From the NCBI GenBank assembly GCA_963719315.1, contig CAVRBU010000002.1:2089762-2153761 (forward strand): a stretch of 64,000 nt of DNA, given 5' to 3'. The translations under genes and the position numbers were made by a program. Positions 30,790 to 41,238 of the stretch are shown one piece after another; the stretch's first letter is position 1, and each line of letters opens with the position of its first letter. A model generated the notes under the pieces. That model had not been told where the DNA came from. It did not search any database and saw only the letters and a list, made by a program, of their open reading frames with translations. This DNA comes from an uncultured Planctomycetota bacterium (GTDB lineage Bacteria; Planctomycetota; Planctomycetia; Pirellulales; Lacipirellulaceae).

Positions 30790-31941
30790 ATGAATATGAA
30801 CGAACTCATAACAACGCTGATCACCATCGCCGTCGTCCTGGGCGTTATTCTCACGGGTTGCATGTACCTGGTGCTGGCCGAGCGGAAGGTCTCGGCCTGG
30901 ATGCAGGATCGGATCGGGCCGAACCGCGTTGGGCCGTACGGCTTGTTTCAGCCCGTAGCGGACGGCATCAAGATTCTGCTCAAAGAGGGCATCATCCCCT
31001 CGCACGTCGATAAGGGTCTGTTTCTGATCGCGCCGGCGATCAGCATGTTCACCACAATGCTGGCATTTGCAGTAGTACCGTTCGGGCCGGTGGATCAAGC
31101 GCCAAACTGGCTGCGGTTCATTATCGCGCCGCATCTCGATATCGGCATCGTGTTCATCTTCGCGGTCGGCAGTCTGGCCGTTTACGGCGTGATCTTGGGC
31201 GGCTGGGCGTCGAACAACAAATACAGCGCGCTGGGCTCGCTGCGGGCCAGCGCCCAGGTGATTAGCTACGAAATTCCGCTGGGAATGAGTGTGCTCGGCG
31301 TCGTGCTGATGAGCGGCACGCTCAACCTTGAGAAGATTCTAGAGCAGCAGGCGGCCGGCGGCATCAGGCATTGGAACATCTGGTATCAGCCGCTGGCGGC
31401 TTTGATTTTCTATGTGAGCTCGCTGGCTGAATCGAATCGATTACCGTTCGACCTGTCGGAATGCGAGCAGGAGCTCGTCGGCGGCTACCATACCGAATAC
31501 GGCGGTTTACGAATGGTGTTGTTTTTCGTCGGCGAGTACACGCATCTCATCACGATCAGCTTCCTGACAGCGATCCTATTCTTCGGCGGCTGGAATTTTC
31601 CGTGGATCGCGACGCCGCAGAGTGTTTATTTCGGCGCCTGGCTGGTGAAGCTCTTGGTGCTGCTCGCCAAGGTGACTTTCAGCATCTTCCTGATCATGCT
31701 CATTCGCTGGACGATTCCGCGGTTCCGCTTCGATCAGTTGATGGAGCTCACGTGGAAAGTGTTCCTGCCGCTATCGCTCGCGAACATCGTGGTGGTGATG
31801 ACCGTCTTGCAATTTGGAATCAACAAATACGCGCTCTTTCCGATTTCGCTGGTGCTATTCGCGCTGTTCGGTTTCTTCACCGTGACATCGAAACAAATGG
31901 AAATCAAACGCCGGCGCCGAGCGTCGCTGGCAATGCGGTAG
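30790..31941 (+). CDS. nuoH: NADH-quinone oxidoreductase subunit H
   Basis: ERKV.AWMQDRIGPNRVGP, SNNKY, PFDL.E.EQEL..GY.TEY, PRFRFDQLM. Confidence 0.96.
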   Translation: MNMNELITTLITIAVVLGVILTGCMYLVLAERKVSAWMQDRIGPNRVGPYGLFQPVADGIKILLKEGIIPSHVDKGLFLIAPAISMFTTMLAFAVVPFGPVDQAPNWLRFIIAPHLDIGIVFIFAVGSLAVYGVILGGWASNNKYSALGSLRASAQVISYEIPLGMSVLGVVLMSGTLNLEKILEQQAAGGIRHWNIWYQPLAALIFYVSSLAESNRLPFDLSECEQELVGGYHTEYGGLRMVLFFVGEYTHLITISFLTAILFFGGWNFPWIATPQSVYFGAWLVKLLVLLAKVTFSIFLIMLIRWTIPRFRFDQLMELTWKVFLPLSLANIVVVMTVLQFGINKYALFPISLVLFALFGFFTVTSKQMEIKRRRRASLAMR

Positions 31942-32008
31942 GTCGGGATTCAGCCTGACATGGTCGTAATTACGAATGCGAAGAGCGTCAGCCTAAAGGC
32001 TGACGTAC
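31938..32008. repeat. REP-like doublet between nuoH and nuoI
   Basis: gtaggtcgggattcagcctgac ... gtcagcctaaaggctgacgtac. Confidence 0.7.
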
Positions 32009-32013
32009 AATCA

Positions 32014-32684
32014 ATGCCAATCAACCCAAAAGATGTGACCTGGATCACCGAGCCCGAGATCGGCTTCTGGGAAGCCACGTTCCTGCCGGCCATTATGATG
32101 GGCCTCAAGACCACGCTGGGTCACGTCACCGACTATCGCCCGGTCACGCAACAGTACCCGGAACAAAAGCCGATCCTACCGCAGCACTATCGCGGCGTGC
32201 ATCGGCTTAATCGGGATGAGCAGGGCCGCGTGAAGTGTGTGGCCTGCATGTTGTGCGCGACGGCCTGCCCGGCGAATTGCATCGCGATCGAGGCGGCGCC
32301 GCCCCGCCAGATTGGCCCGACCGCGATAAGTTCCCGGCCGAGTTCGTACTCGATGAGCTCCGTTGCATCTACTGCGGTATGTGCGAGGAGGCCTGCCCGG
32401 TCGATGCGATCGAGTTGACGCACATCTACGATATGACGAGCGAGACCCGCGCGGCGATGGTTTTTAACAAGGACGCTCTGCTCGCGATCTACGACAAGAC
32501 GAAAGATAACCCGGTCGACCCAGTGCGAACGCGGCGCGGTCGATTGGGGCCCGCCGCCGATTTTCAGGACTTGGCTACGCTCGGTCCCGCCACGACGGTC
32601 GAGCGAGACGACCGGTCCGCCAAGGCCACATCGCCGGGCGTCATCGGTGCGCCGCCGCCCCCGGTGAGGAACGCGGCGCCTTGA
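32014..32684 (+). CDS. nuoI: NADH-quinone oxidoreductase subunit I (frameshift near 32300)
   Basis: CVACMLCATACP in the first frame and CIYCGMCEEACP in the second. Confidence 0.92.
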
Positions 32685-32966
32685 AAGTTCCCGGCCGCCG
32701 TTTGGAACGCCCGGATTGGGCGTGGCAAATGGTGTGTGTGGTATGGCCACGCACATCGCAGACTCAGGACGTGCCTCCCACTCGCTTTGGGCTGCCAATC
32801 GAGCGGCGAGTGGGTTACATTCTGGGAACCTTACAACAATCAAAGTTTGGGTTTACCTTGGGTGGCTGATACGGGCTTGGCGATCCTCCAGCAACGCTGG
32901 GCGTTCGTCCGCCGCGGCGGACTCGTCCCCTGCCACTAAATCGCCCGATACGGAAATCGCTTCGAC

Positions 32967-33857
32967 ATGCCGTGGTTCGAGGAACATTGGCTGGGTGTCG
33001 CGTCGCTGGCTCTGATGGGCTGCGGCGTATGGTGGTCGATGCCGCGCCGAACGCAATTGCCGAAGGTCATCGGTTCGGTTTTCGCGCTTTTGGCCACGTG
33101 CCTCATGGCGTGGTGGCTTTGGGCTCAATGGCGGATGACGACCGAATGGCCCGTCGGCGAAACGATCTTGTTCACCGCATTCGCCGCCGCGGCGATCGGC
33201 TGTGCAATTCTGCGGCCCAATTACGTGGGCTTGGTTTTAGCGGTGTTGGGCGCATATCTGCTGGCGTCGCGAATCAATGCGGCGGAGGGTCCGCTTGGCG
33301 ACACGATTCTGTTTTCGGTCTTCGCCACTTCCGCAATCGTCTGCGCAATTCTCATGATCACCAATCGCAACCCGGTGTATTCCGCGTTGTGGTTCGCTCT
33401 CGTAACGCTGAGCACGTGCGGCCTGTTCTGGATGCAATACGCGCGATTCTTGGCGGCCGCCACCGTGATCGTGTACGCCGGGGCGATCGTTGTAACGTTC
33501 GTGTTCGTGATCATGTTGGCCCAACAAAGTGGCGAGACCGTCTACGACCAGCGCTCGCGGCAGCCACTGCTGGCGACCGTGGCGGCGTTCTTATTGCTAG
33601 GCGCCCTCCTCAGCACTTTGCGGAACGCTACGCTGGACGACTATTACATGGCGGCGCTGCAAGCCCCAGCCCCGGCCGCCAACTCGCTCAGCCAGCCGCC
33701 CGAGAACGAGCGCCTGGACGAGAACACGATGCGCGGCCTCGGCCGCTCGCTGTTTGGCGATTACCTGTTTGCCGTGGAACTGGCCGGCACGCTGTTGCTG
33801 GTGGCCACGATTGGCGCGATCGCGATCGCGCCGCGACGCAGCCGGGGGACGCTATGA
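32967..33857 (+). CDS. nuoJ: NADH-quinone oxidoreductase subunit J with N-terminal membrane extension
   Basis: RNPVYSALWF, VIVYAGAIVV.F.FVIML, YLFAVELAG.LLLVA.IGA. Confidence 0.92.
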   Translation: MPWFEEHWLGVASLALMGCGVWWSMPRRTQLPKVIGSVFALLATCLMAWWLWAQWRMTTEWPVGETILFTAFAAAAIGCAILRPNYVGLVLAVLGAYLLASRINAAEGPLGDTILFSVFATSAIVCAILMITNRNPVYSALWFALVTLSTCGLFWMQYARFLAAATVIVYAGAIVVTFVFVIMLAQQSGETVYDQRSRQPLLATVAAFLLLGALLSTLRNATLDDYYMAALQAPAPAANSLSQPPENERLDENTMRGLGRSLFGDYLFAVELAGTLLLVATIGAIAIAPRRSRGTL

Positions 33858-34375
33858 CCGGCGACATCGAACGATACTTGGCGGTCGGAGCGACGCTGTT
33901 CGTGCTGGGCGCATTGGGTTTCTTTACGCGCCGCAATCTCATAGTGATGGTGCTTTCTGCGGAGTTGATGCTGCACGGCGTCTCGCTGACTCTCGTCACG
34001 TTCGGCCGCGTGCACCACAGCTTCGAAGGGCAGGCGTTTACGATTTTTATCCTGACCGTGGCCGCGTGCGAAGCGGGCTTGGCGTTGTCGCTGATCTTGG
34101 CCCTGTATCAGAAATCGAAAACGCTCGACATTGATTTTTGGACCGATTTGCGCGAGGCGGATTTGAGTTCGCCCCGTGTGGCCGAAGAGGCCGAGCAGCG
34201 GCGATTTGTCGAACCGTTGCCGGCCGAGTACCCGCGGCTAACACCGGCTGGCCGCGTGCCGGACCTCGGCGGAGAACGCGATCCGAAGCTGGTGGATGAC
34301 GCCCGCAGCCAAACGGCCGAAACGCCGCTCGAACCGCCGGTGGTGAAAGAAGTCATTAAGTCGGTGACACGATAA
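33854..34375 (+). CDS. nuoK: NADH-quinone oxidoreductase subunit K with C-terminal extension
   Basis: RRNLI.M.LS.ELML, VAACEAGLAL; ATGA overlap with nuoJ. Confidence 0.92.
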   Translation: MTGDIERYLAVGATLFVLGALGFFTRRNLIVMVLSAELMLHGVSLTLVTFGRVHHSFEGQAFTIFILTVAACEAGLALSLILALYQKSKTLDIDFWTDLREADLSSPRVAEEAEQRRFVEPLPAEYPRLTPAGRVPDLGGERDPKLVDDARSQTAETPLEPPVVKEVIKSVTR

Positions 34376-34510
34376 TTACGCAAGCGATTTTGTATTTGAA
34401 GCACCTTACAAAATGAACCACCAAGTCGCCGAGCAAGGCAATGAACAACGTTGGTTTTTCTTGGCGTGCTTGGCGGTTTGATTAATTCCGTCGGTAGCTG
34501 CTATCTCAAA

Positions 34511-36483
34511 ATGCCTGAAAACGTCCAACATCTGGTGATGTGGCTAATCCCGCTCGCGCCGCTGGCGGCCGCGATCGTGACGGCGTTCGCCGGCCCGCAA
34601 GGGCTGCGCGAAAAGAGCCACCTGCCGTGCTGGTTCGGGCTCGCCGTGGCGACCGTGTGCGCCTACGTGCTGTTGTTCTCGATCGTGCCGACCGGCTTTT
34701 CGGAGCAGGGCAGCACGGCAGTTGTCGCGCCTGGCTACCAATGGATCGATGTAGGCGGCATCGACATCCGTATGAACCTGCGTGCCGACGCGATCACTGC
34801 GATCATGCTCTCGATGGTCACGGTCGTGAGCTTGCTGGTCGCCGTGTTCGCCGCCGGCTACATGCACGGCGACCCGGGTTATCCGCGGTTCTTCGCCTGC
34901 TTCTCGCTCTTCGTGTTTTCGATGTGCATGCTGGTGCTGTCCTCCAGCTTTCTCATGCTGTTCGTGTTTTGGGAAGGCGTAGGCTTGTGCAGCTACTTGT
35001 TGATTGGGTACTGGTATCAGAAACCAAGCGCGGCGGCGGCGGCCACGAAGGCGTTCGTCGTCAATCGCATCGGCGATTTCGGATTCCTGATCGGCATCTT
35101 TCTGATTTGGACGACGTTTCGCTCGCTCGATTTCGCCACGGTGCTGGATCGCCCCGACCTATTGGCCCAGTTGGCGTCCGACCATCCGGGGCGGATCACC
35201 GCGATCTGTCTGTTGCTTCTCCTGGGCGCGATGGGCAAATCGGCCCAGTTCCCGCTCCACGTCTGGTTGCCGGATGCGATGGAAGGCCCCACGCCGGTAA
35301 GTGCGCTCATCCACGCCGCCACGATGGTGACGGCCGGCGTGCTACGTGATCGCGCGCTGCACGCCGTTGTTTGTCCACTCACCGACGGCGCAGGTGATTG
35401 TCAGCAGCGTGGGCGGATTCACGGCCTTGCTCGCGGCCCTGATCGCGCTCACGCAATTCGATCTAAAGCGGGTGCTGGCCTACTCCACCGTCAGTCAGCT
35501 TGGCTACATGTTCATGGCGTTCGGCGCTGGCGTGGCCGGTGCGGAATCCACTTTGGGCGTCACGGCCGGCATGTTCCATTTGTATACGCACGCGTTTTTC
35601 AAGTCGCTCTTGTTCTTGTCGGCCGGCAGCGTCATGCACTCGATGGGCGGCGTGATCGATATGCGCCGCTTCAGCGGTTTGCGACGATCGCTGCCGATCA
35701 CGCATTGGACGTTCCTGTGCGGCGCCGCGGCCCTTGCTGGCGTACCGCTGCTCTCGGGCTTTTGGAGCAAGGACGAAATCCTCGCCGTGCTCTACCACAC
35801 TTCAAAATCCGGCCCGCACGGCGGCATTTACTTCGCCATCTACTTAGCGGCCACATTCACGGCCTTTCTTACCGCGTTTTACACGTTCCGCGCTTATTTC
35901 AAAACCTTCTGGGGCAAGGAGCGATTCCCGGAGGAAGCCGGGCCTCACCCGCATGACGCGCCGCCCGTAATGGCCTGGCCGCTTCGAATCCTGGCCGTCT
36001 GTGCCGTGTTCGTCGGAATCGCGGAGGGACCGACCGCGCTGTTCGCCGGTTACCTGCATCACGCGGTGGGCCTGGAGGAAGTGAAGGAACCCGGCATCGA
36101 AGTCGGCATGATGGCGCTGAGCATCGCGGCCGTACTCATCGGAATCGGCTTGGCGTGGCTGATGTATATCCGTTCTCCGGCAGCTGCCTGCGAAAGTTGC
36201 GACCGCATTTGGGCCGCTTTACCGGGCGTCGTTTAACAAATTCTATTTTGACGAGATTTTCTGGGCGATTCTCGTCGCGCCCCTCCGCGGCATGGCCTGG
36301 TTCGCCAGTTGGTTCGATCGCGGTGTTATCGACTCAATCCTCGATGGCGTAACCCTCGTGCCGCGTCTGTTTGGTTGGATCCTGATGTGGTTCCAAAGCG
36401 GCCGGCTCCCCTCCTACGCGCTGATGATGTGGATGGGCCTGCTCGTATGCGTGTTGTTTGCGATGGGATTATTTCATTTTTGA
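34511..36483 (+). CDS. nuoL: NADH-quinone oxidoreductase subunit L (frameshifts near 35342 and 36180)
   Basis: WEGVGLCSYLLIG, NRIGD, KSAQFPLHVWLPDAMEGPTPVSALIHAATMVTAGV, AYSTVSQLGYM, HAFFK. Confidence 0.93.
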
Positions 36484-36490
36484 AATTGCG

Positions 36491-38147
36491 ATGAACGTAT
36501 TGTTGTTATCGATGTTATTTGTGCCGCTTGGCGGCCGCATTCATTTTGCTGGCCGGCCGGGGCGCGTTCTCGCAGAGTGCGGCCCGCAAATTCGCGCTCC
36601 TCGCATCGCTCGCCACGCTGGGCTTGTCGCTGATGTTTGCGAATCAATTTCTGCAACTGCCCGCGAGTGCCGCGCTGCGAATCTCGCCCATCGAGCCGCG
36701 GTTCAGCGTGGCCTATCACTGGTTCACGTATGGCGGGCCGACCGATAGCGCGGACGGCCGCACGCCGCTTGAATTCGCCTTTCTGTTCGGCGCCGATGGA
36801 ATCAGCCTCGCCCTGCTGCTCCTGACGACGATTCTCACGGTTTCCGGCGTGCTGATTTCCTGGGAATCGATTCGCGAGCGGGCAGCCGGCTTTTACGCCT
36901 GCCTGCTGCTGCTGGAGGCTGGATTAGTCGGCGTGTTTTCCGCGTTCGATCTCATTTTGTTCTACGTGTTCTTCGAGTTCACGCTCGTCCCGTTGTTCTT
37001 CTTGATCGGCATTTGGGGTGGCCCGGAACGCCGGTATGCGGCCATTAAGTTCTTCCTGTACACGTTTACGGGAAGCGTGGTAACGCTCGTCGGATTGGTC
37101 GCGCTCGTACTCGTTGCCTCCTCATCCGGCGTTGCGGCGCCAACGTCGCTCTCGGCGCTCGCCCAGTGGACGACCGCCCATCCGCTGCCCCACGAACTGC
37201 AAATTGCGCTGTTCCTTGCCATCTCGATCGGCTTCATGGTCAAGGTGCCGGTCTTCCCACTGCACACGTGGCTGCCGCTCGCGCACACCGAAGCGCCGAC
37301 GGCGGGCAGCGTGATGCTGGCCGGCGTGCTCTTGAAGCTGGGCACGTACGGCCTGCTGCGGTTGTGCCTGCCGATGTTCCCCTTCGCCTGCCAAACGATT
37401 GGCATTCCGCTCATCGGTTCGCTTGCCGTGGCTGGCATTATTTACGGGTCGCTCTGCGCGCTCGCCCAGCGCGATATCAAAAAACTCGTGGCTTACAGCA
37501 GCGTGGCCCACCTTGGTTTCTGCCTGTTGGGTCTGTTTGCGCTGAATGCGGCCGGGCTTTCCGGCGGCGTACTGCAGATGATCAATCACGGCCTGTCGAC
37601 CGGCGCGCTGTTCTTGCTCGTGGGAATGGTCTACGACCGTTACCACACGCGGCAACTCGATGATCTCGGCGGCCTCGCAGCGCGGCTGCCACTCTTGACC
37701 GTGATCCTGGTCTTCGTGGCGATGGCCAGCATCGGCCTGCCGGGGCTCAACGGTTTCGTTGGCGAAGTGCTCTCGCTGGCCGGTATGTTCCGCCGCAATC
37801 CGCTGCAAGCCGTGCTCGGCACCTCGGGCGTCGTGCTCGGCGCCTGGTACTTGCTCACGATGGTGCAGCAAGCGTTCTTCGGGCCGCTCCGCGAGCCAGC
37901 GCACCACGGCGCACCAGTTAGCGATATCAACTTTCGTGAACTTGTCGCCGTCGTTCCGATCTGCGCGCTGTGTCTGTGGATCGGTCTGATGCCACAAGCG
38001 ATTTTGAATACAATCCGGCCAGACGTGGATGCGGTTGTAGCCGTCTACAGTGAATATCTTGGCCATGAAGACAGCACGGCTGACGACGGCAACGCCATGC
38101 CTGTTGCCATTGCCACCGAGTTTCACCCTCAAAAATCAAAGTTGTAA
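36491..38147 (+). CDS. nuoM: NADH-quinone oxidoreductase subunit M (frameshift near 36530)
   Basis: FYVFFE, KVPVFPLHTWLP.AH.EAPT, LLKLGTYG, AYSSVAH, GLPGLNGFVGE. Confidence 0.94.
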
Positions 38148-38150
38148 TTC

Positions 38151-39644
38151 GTGCCCGAAGCGATTGAACATATTCGTGGAACCGCCTCACTGATCGTGCC
38201 GGAGATCATTCTGCTCTCGGCGGTGTGCGTGCTGTTTTTCGTCGGGCCGTTCACCGTGAGCGATGCCGGCGAGGCGCCCGCCGGCTTACGCAATCGTTGG
38301 GGATTGCTGTCGCTGTTCGCGCTACTGGTCGCCGGGGCGGTGTGGTACCACGGCGGTGCGGACGTCGTACATGGCGGCATGTTCCGCGTGGATTCGTTGG
38401 TCTGGTACATCCGCGGCATTTCGCTCGCGGCCGGGATCTTGCTGTTGCTCGTGCTCTGGAATCAAATCGATGACGCCCACGCTGCTGAAGCCTACGCTTG
38501 TTTGCTCGCGATGGTGGCCGGTGCGAACTTGGTGTCGGCCGCCAATGATTTGGTCTCGCTATTCTTGGCGCTGGAGCTGGTCAGCATCCCCACCTATGTC
38601 CTGCTCTACCTGCCGCGCCGAGATCGCATTGGCGGCGAAGCGACGCTCAAATACTTCCTGCTTAGCGTGTTCTCTTCGGCCCTCGTGTTATACGGCATGA
38701 GCTGGTTGTACGGCGTGGCGGGCACCACGAACCTCACTGCCATGCACGACGTGCTTTTTCACCGTTCGCCCCATGCAGGTGAGGGAATGCTGGAGATCGC
38801 CTTCGCCTTGATCTTGGCCGGGCTCTGTTTTCGCATCGCCGCGGTTCCATTCCACTTCTATGCGCCGGACGTGTTCCAGGGCACCACGGCTGCCAACGCG
38901 GCGCTGTTGTCGTTCGTGCCGAAGGTGGTCGGCTTTGTGGCGCTCTTGCGCTTGATTCCCCTCAGCGGAGCAACCGATGGCATGACACGGTGGGTGCCCG
39001 ACCATGACGCCCAATCGCTGCTCGCCGGGTTGGCCGTCGCCACGATGTTCGTCGGCAACCTGATGGCCCTGCGACAAAGACACCTGTTCCGCCTGATGGC
39101 ATACTCCAGCATTGCCCATGCCGGCTACATGCTCGTCGGCCTGGCGATTGGCGACGTGCTCCCGGTCGGCGGCCGTGAGGCGATCCTGTTCTATCTCGCA
39201 ACCTACGGCTTGATGACGATCGGTGTATTCGCGCTCCTCACTGCCGCCGGCGGCGACCGTGGCGCGTTGATAACCGACGCGGAACTCCGCGGCCTGAGTC
39301 GCACGCAACCGCTCATCGCTCTGTTGCTCGCCATTTGCTTGTTCAGCCTCACCGGCCTGCCGCCGACGGCTGGCTTCCTCGGCAAGCTGAATCTGTTCCT
39401 GACCGCCTGGTCCGACGATACGCGCATCGGCCGTTGGCTGGCTGCCCTCTTGGCGCTCAATGCCGCGATTGCCGCGTTCTACTATCTGCGACTGGTCGCG
39501 CTGATGTTTCTCGAGCCCACGACGCAAGCCGACACCAAGCCGGTCCGCGTGGCCTGGGCGCCGTGGCTGGCTGGCGTCACCTGCGCGCTAGCAACGATTG
39601 TCATCTTTGTCGCACCACAGTGGTTGTGGGATAGCATTCGCTAA
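38151..39644 (+). CDS. nuoN: NADH-quinone oxidoreductase subunit N
   Basis: EATLKYF, AAVPFHFYAPDV, AYSSIAHAGY, GLPPTAGF.GK. Confidence 0.94.
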   Translation: MPEAIEHIRGTASLIVPEIILLSAVCVLFFVGPFTVSDAGEAPAGLRNRWGLLSLFALLVAGAVWYHGGADVVHGGMFRVDSLVWYIRGISLAAGILLLLVLWNQIDDAHAAEAYACLLAMVAGANLVSAANDLVSLFLALELVSIPTYVLLYLPRRDRIGGEATLKYFLLSVFSSALVLYGMSWLYGVAGTTNLTAMHDVLFHRSPHAGEGMLEIAFALILAGLCFRIAAVPFHFYAPDVFQGTTAANAALLSFVPKVVGFVALLRLIPLSGATDGMTRWVPDHDAQSLLAGLAVATMFVGNLMALRQRHLFRLMAYSSIAHAGYMLVGLAIGDVLPVGGREAILFYLATYGLMTIGVFALLTAAGGDRGALITDAELRGLSRTQPLIALLLAICLFSLTGLPPTAGFLGKLNLFLTAWSDDTRIGRWLAALLALNAAIAAFYYLRLVALMFLEPTTQADTKPVRVAWAPWLAGVTCALATIVIFVAPQWLWDSIR

Positions 39645-39729
39645 GCGCATTTCGACAAGATTCAAGTTCCCTTGCCGCGTTTTGGGCCTCGCACTAAATT
39701 TAGGTCTGGATTCGATTTTGGTCTTAATA

Positions 39730-39800
39730 GTAGGTCCCGCTTGCCGAGCGGGACCTGGGGGCCGTGACAACCTTGGAAACCCGTTAAGCCCCTTCCGGCA
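39730..39800. repeat. REP-like doublet whose second arm is cut by the adjacent MITE
   Basis: gtaggtcccgcttgccgagcgggacct at 39730-39756; partial arm cccttccggca ends at 39800. Confidence 0.75.
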
Positions 39801-39934
39801 CTAGTGCTTTGTCACAGCTAAAAATTGGGGTTGGGCAGCATCAGCCGCGGGCGCTAGCCCCCGGTTTGTGCCGCTCCAACCGGGGGCTAGCGCCCCGCGG
39901 CTAATCCCAAAATCAAGCTGTGACAAAGCACTAG
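39801..39934. mobile_element. 134-bp MITE-like element
   Basis: Perfect 19-bp terminal inverted repeat CTAGTGCTTTGTCACAGCT including terminal CTAG; internal near-palindrome. Confidence 0.8.
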
Positions 39935-39964
39935 CAACCTCCCAGGACTCTTGAAACAAAGCCC

Positions 39965-40642
39965 ATGCTGACCTCCTTGTTCTTGAGATTGACCTACGTG
40001 GGGGCGGAGTGGGTGCTTTGGGTATTGTTGCTGCTAAGCATCATCAGCATCGCGCTCATGGTCGAGCGGTGGTTGTATTTCTATCGCACCCGCGTGGATG
40101 GCGAAGAACTGGCCGCGCGCTTGGAAGAGCAATTGCGTGCCCGCAGCCTGCAAGGCGCCTGGCAGCTTGTCAAAGACACGCACACGTATTGCATTGAAGC
40201 CGCCGTGGTTGCGGCCGGGCTGATCGCGCTCCGAAACGGCGCGCACGCGGCGAGCGAAGCGATGCAAAGCGTGAAGGCCCGCATGCGGCCGGCGCTCGAC
40301 GCGAACCTCTCGATCCTGGCCACGATCGGCAGCAACGCGCCGTTCGTGGGCCTCCTGGGCACCGTGTTGGGGATCATCAACGCGGCTCACGCGCTCACGG
40401 CCGACGGCGCACAGAACAACCCGAACGCCATCATGTCGGGCGTCTTCGAAGCGCTCGTCGCCACGGCTGTGGGGTTGTTCGTCGCGATTCCCGCGGTAGT
40501 CGCTTACAACCTGTTTCAACGCCGCGTGCGGAAGCGGCTGGCCGAGGTCGATTCGCTGGCCCATTTGATTTTGTCCACGGCCCTCAGCGAGACTCGGCCG
40601 GCGACTACGTCGGCGGCAACCACTCCCACGAGGGTCGCCTAG
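39965..40642 (+). CDS. exbB: MotA/TolQ/ExbB proton channel protein
   Basis: LATIGSNAPFVGLLGTVLGI, EALVATAVGL.VAIPA. Confidence 0.85.
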   Translation: MLTSLFLRLTYVGAEWVLWVLLLLSIISIALMVERWLYFYRTRVDGEELAARLEEQLRARSLQGAWQLVKDTHTYCIEAAVVAAGLIALRNGAHAASEAMQSVKARMRPALDANLSILATIGSNAPFVGLLGTVLGIINAAHALTADGAQNNPNAIMSGVFEALVATAVGLFVAIPAVVAYNLFQRRVRKRLAEVDSLAHLILSTALSETRPATTSAATTPTRVA

Positions 40643-41083
40643 TGTCAGCCCATTTCTCGTCCGGCTATGCCGATGAAGACGACGGTGCGCTCAGCGGCAT
40701 CAACGTCACGCCGCTCGTCGATGTGACGCTCGTGCTTCTGATCGTGTTCATGATTACGGTGCCCGCGATCGTTGGCAGCGCGGGTCAAAGTAAACGTGCC
40801 CGAGACGACTTCGGTGCCCGCCGAGCCGGATCAGTCACCTCTTGTCTTTGCTCTCAAAAAGGACGTGTCGGGACAGGCCGTGCTCTATCTCAATGAAAAC
40901 GTGATCGATGAAGCCGGCGTGCGTAGAATGTTTACGGGTGCCAAATCGGCCCAGGACTTGTCTGTTTCGCTCTCCGCGGATAAAGACATTGATTATGGAC
41001 GGGTGATCAAAGTCATCGACTTGTTGGAGTCCTTGGGGCTCAAAAAACTAGCGCTAGACACGCGACACGTCGAACCGCGATAA
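40642..41083 (+). CDS. exbD: ExbD/TolR protein (frameshift near 40785)
   Basis: INVTPLVDVTLVLLIVFM; second frame ADK.IDYGRVI.VID. Confidence 0.85.
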
Positions 41084-41238
41084 GCCCCTCAATGGGCCGT
41101 CGTGCGGATTACCAGTTGCATCCGCGACGCATTGCAGCGTAGAGATCATTTGGCCCCACCGCTTGAGGCCCTGCGAAGGCATGGGATATACTGGTGCCGT
41201 CCCAGTCGCCGTCCACCCTTATCCCCCCAAAGAGCGCC

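Noticed and set aside
32972..33853. 467-aa ORF suggesting a giant NuoK
   Set aside because: The upstream part is an off-frame overlap with nuoJ; nuoK starts at ATG 33854 with an ATGA overlap.
32014..38147. Pseudogenisation or programmed recoding of nuoI, nuoL and nuoM
   Set aside because: Isolated indels without shared slippery motifs, intact catalytic motifs, and the same pattern across the window point to sequencing error.
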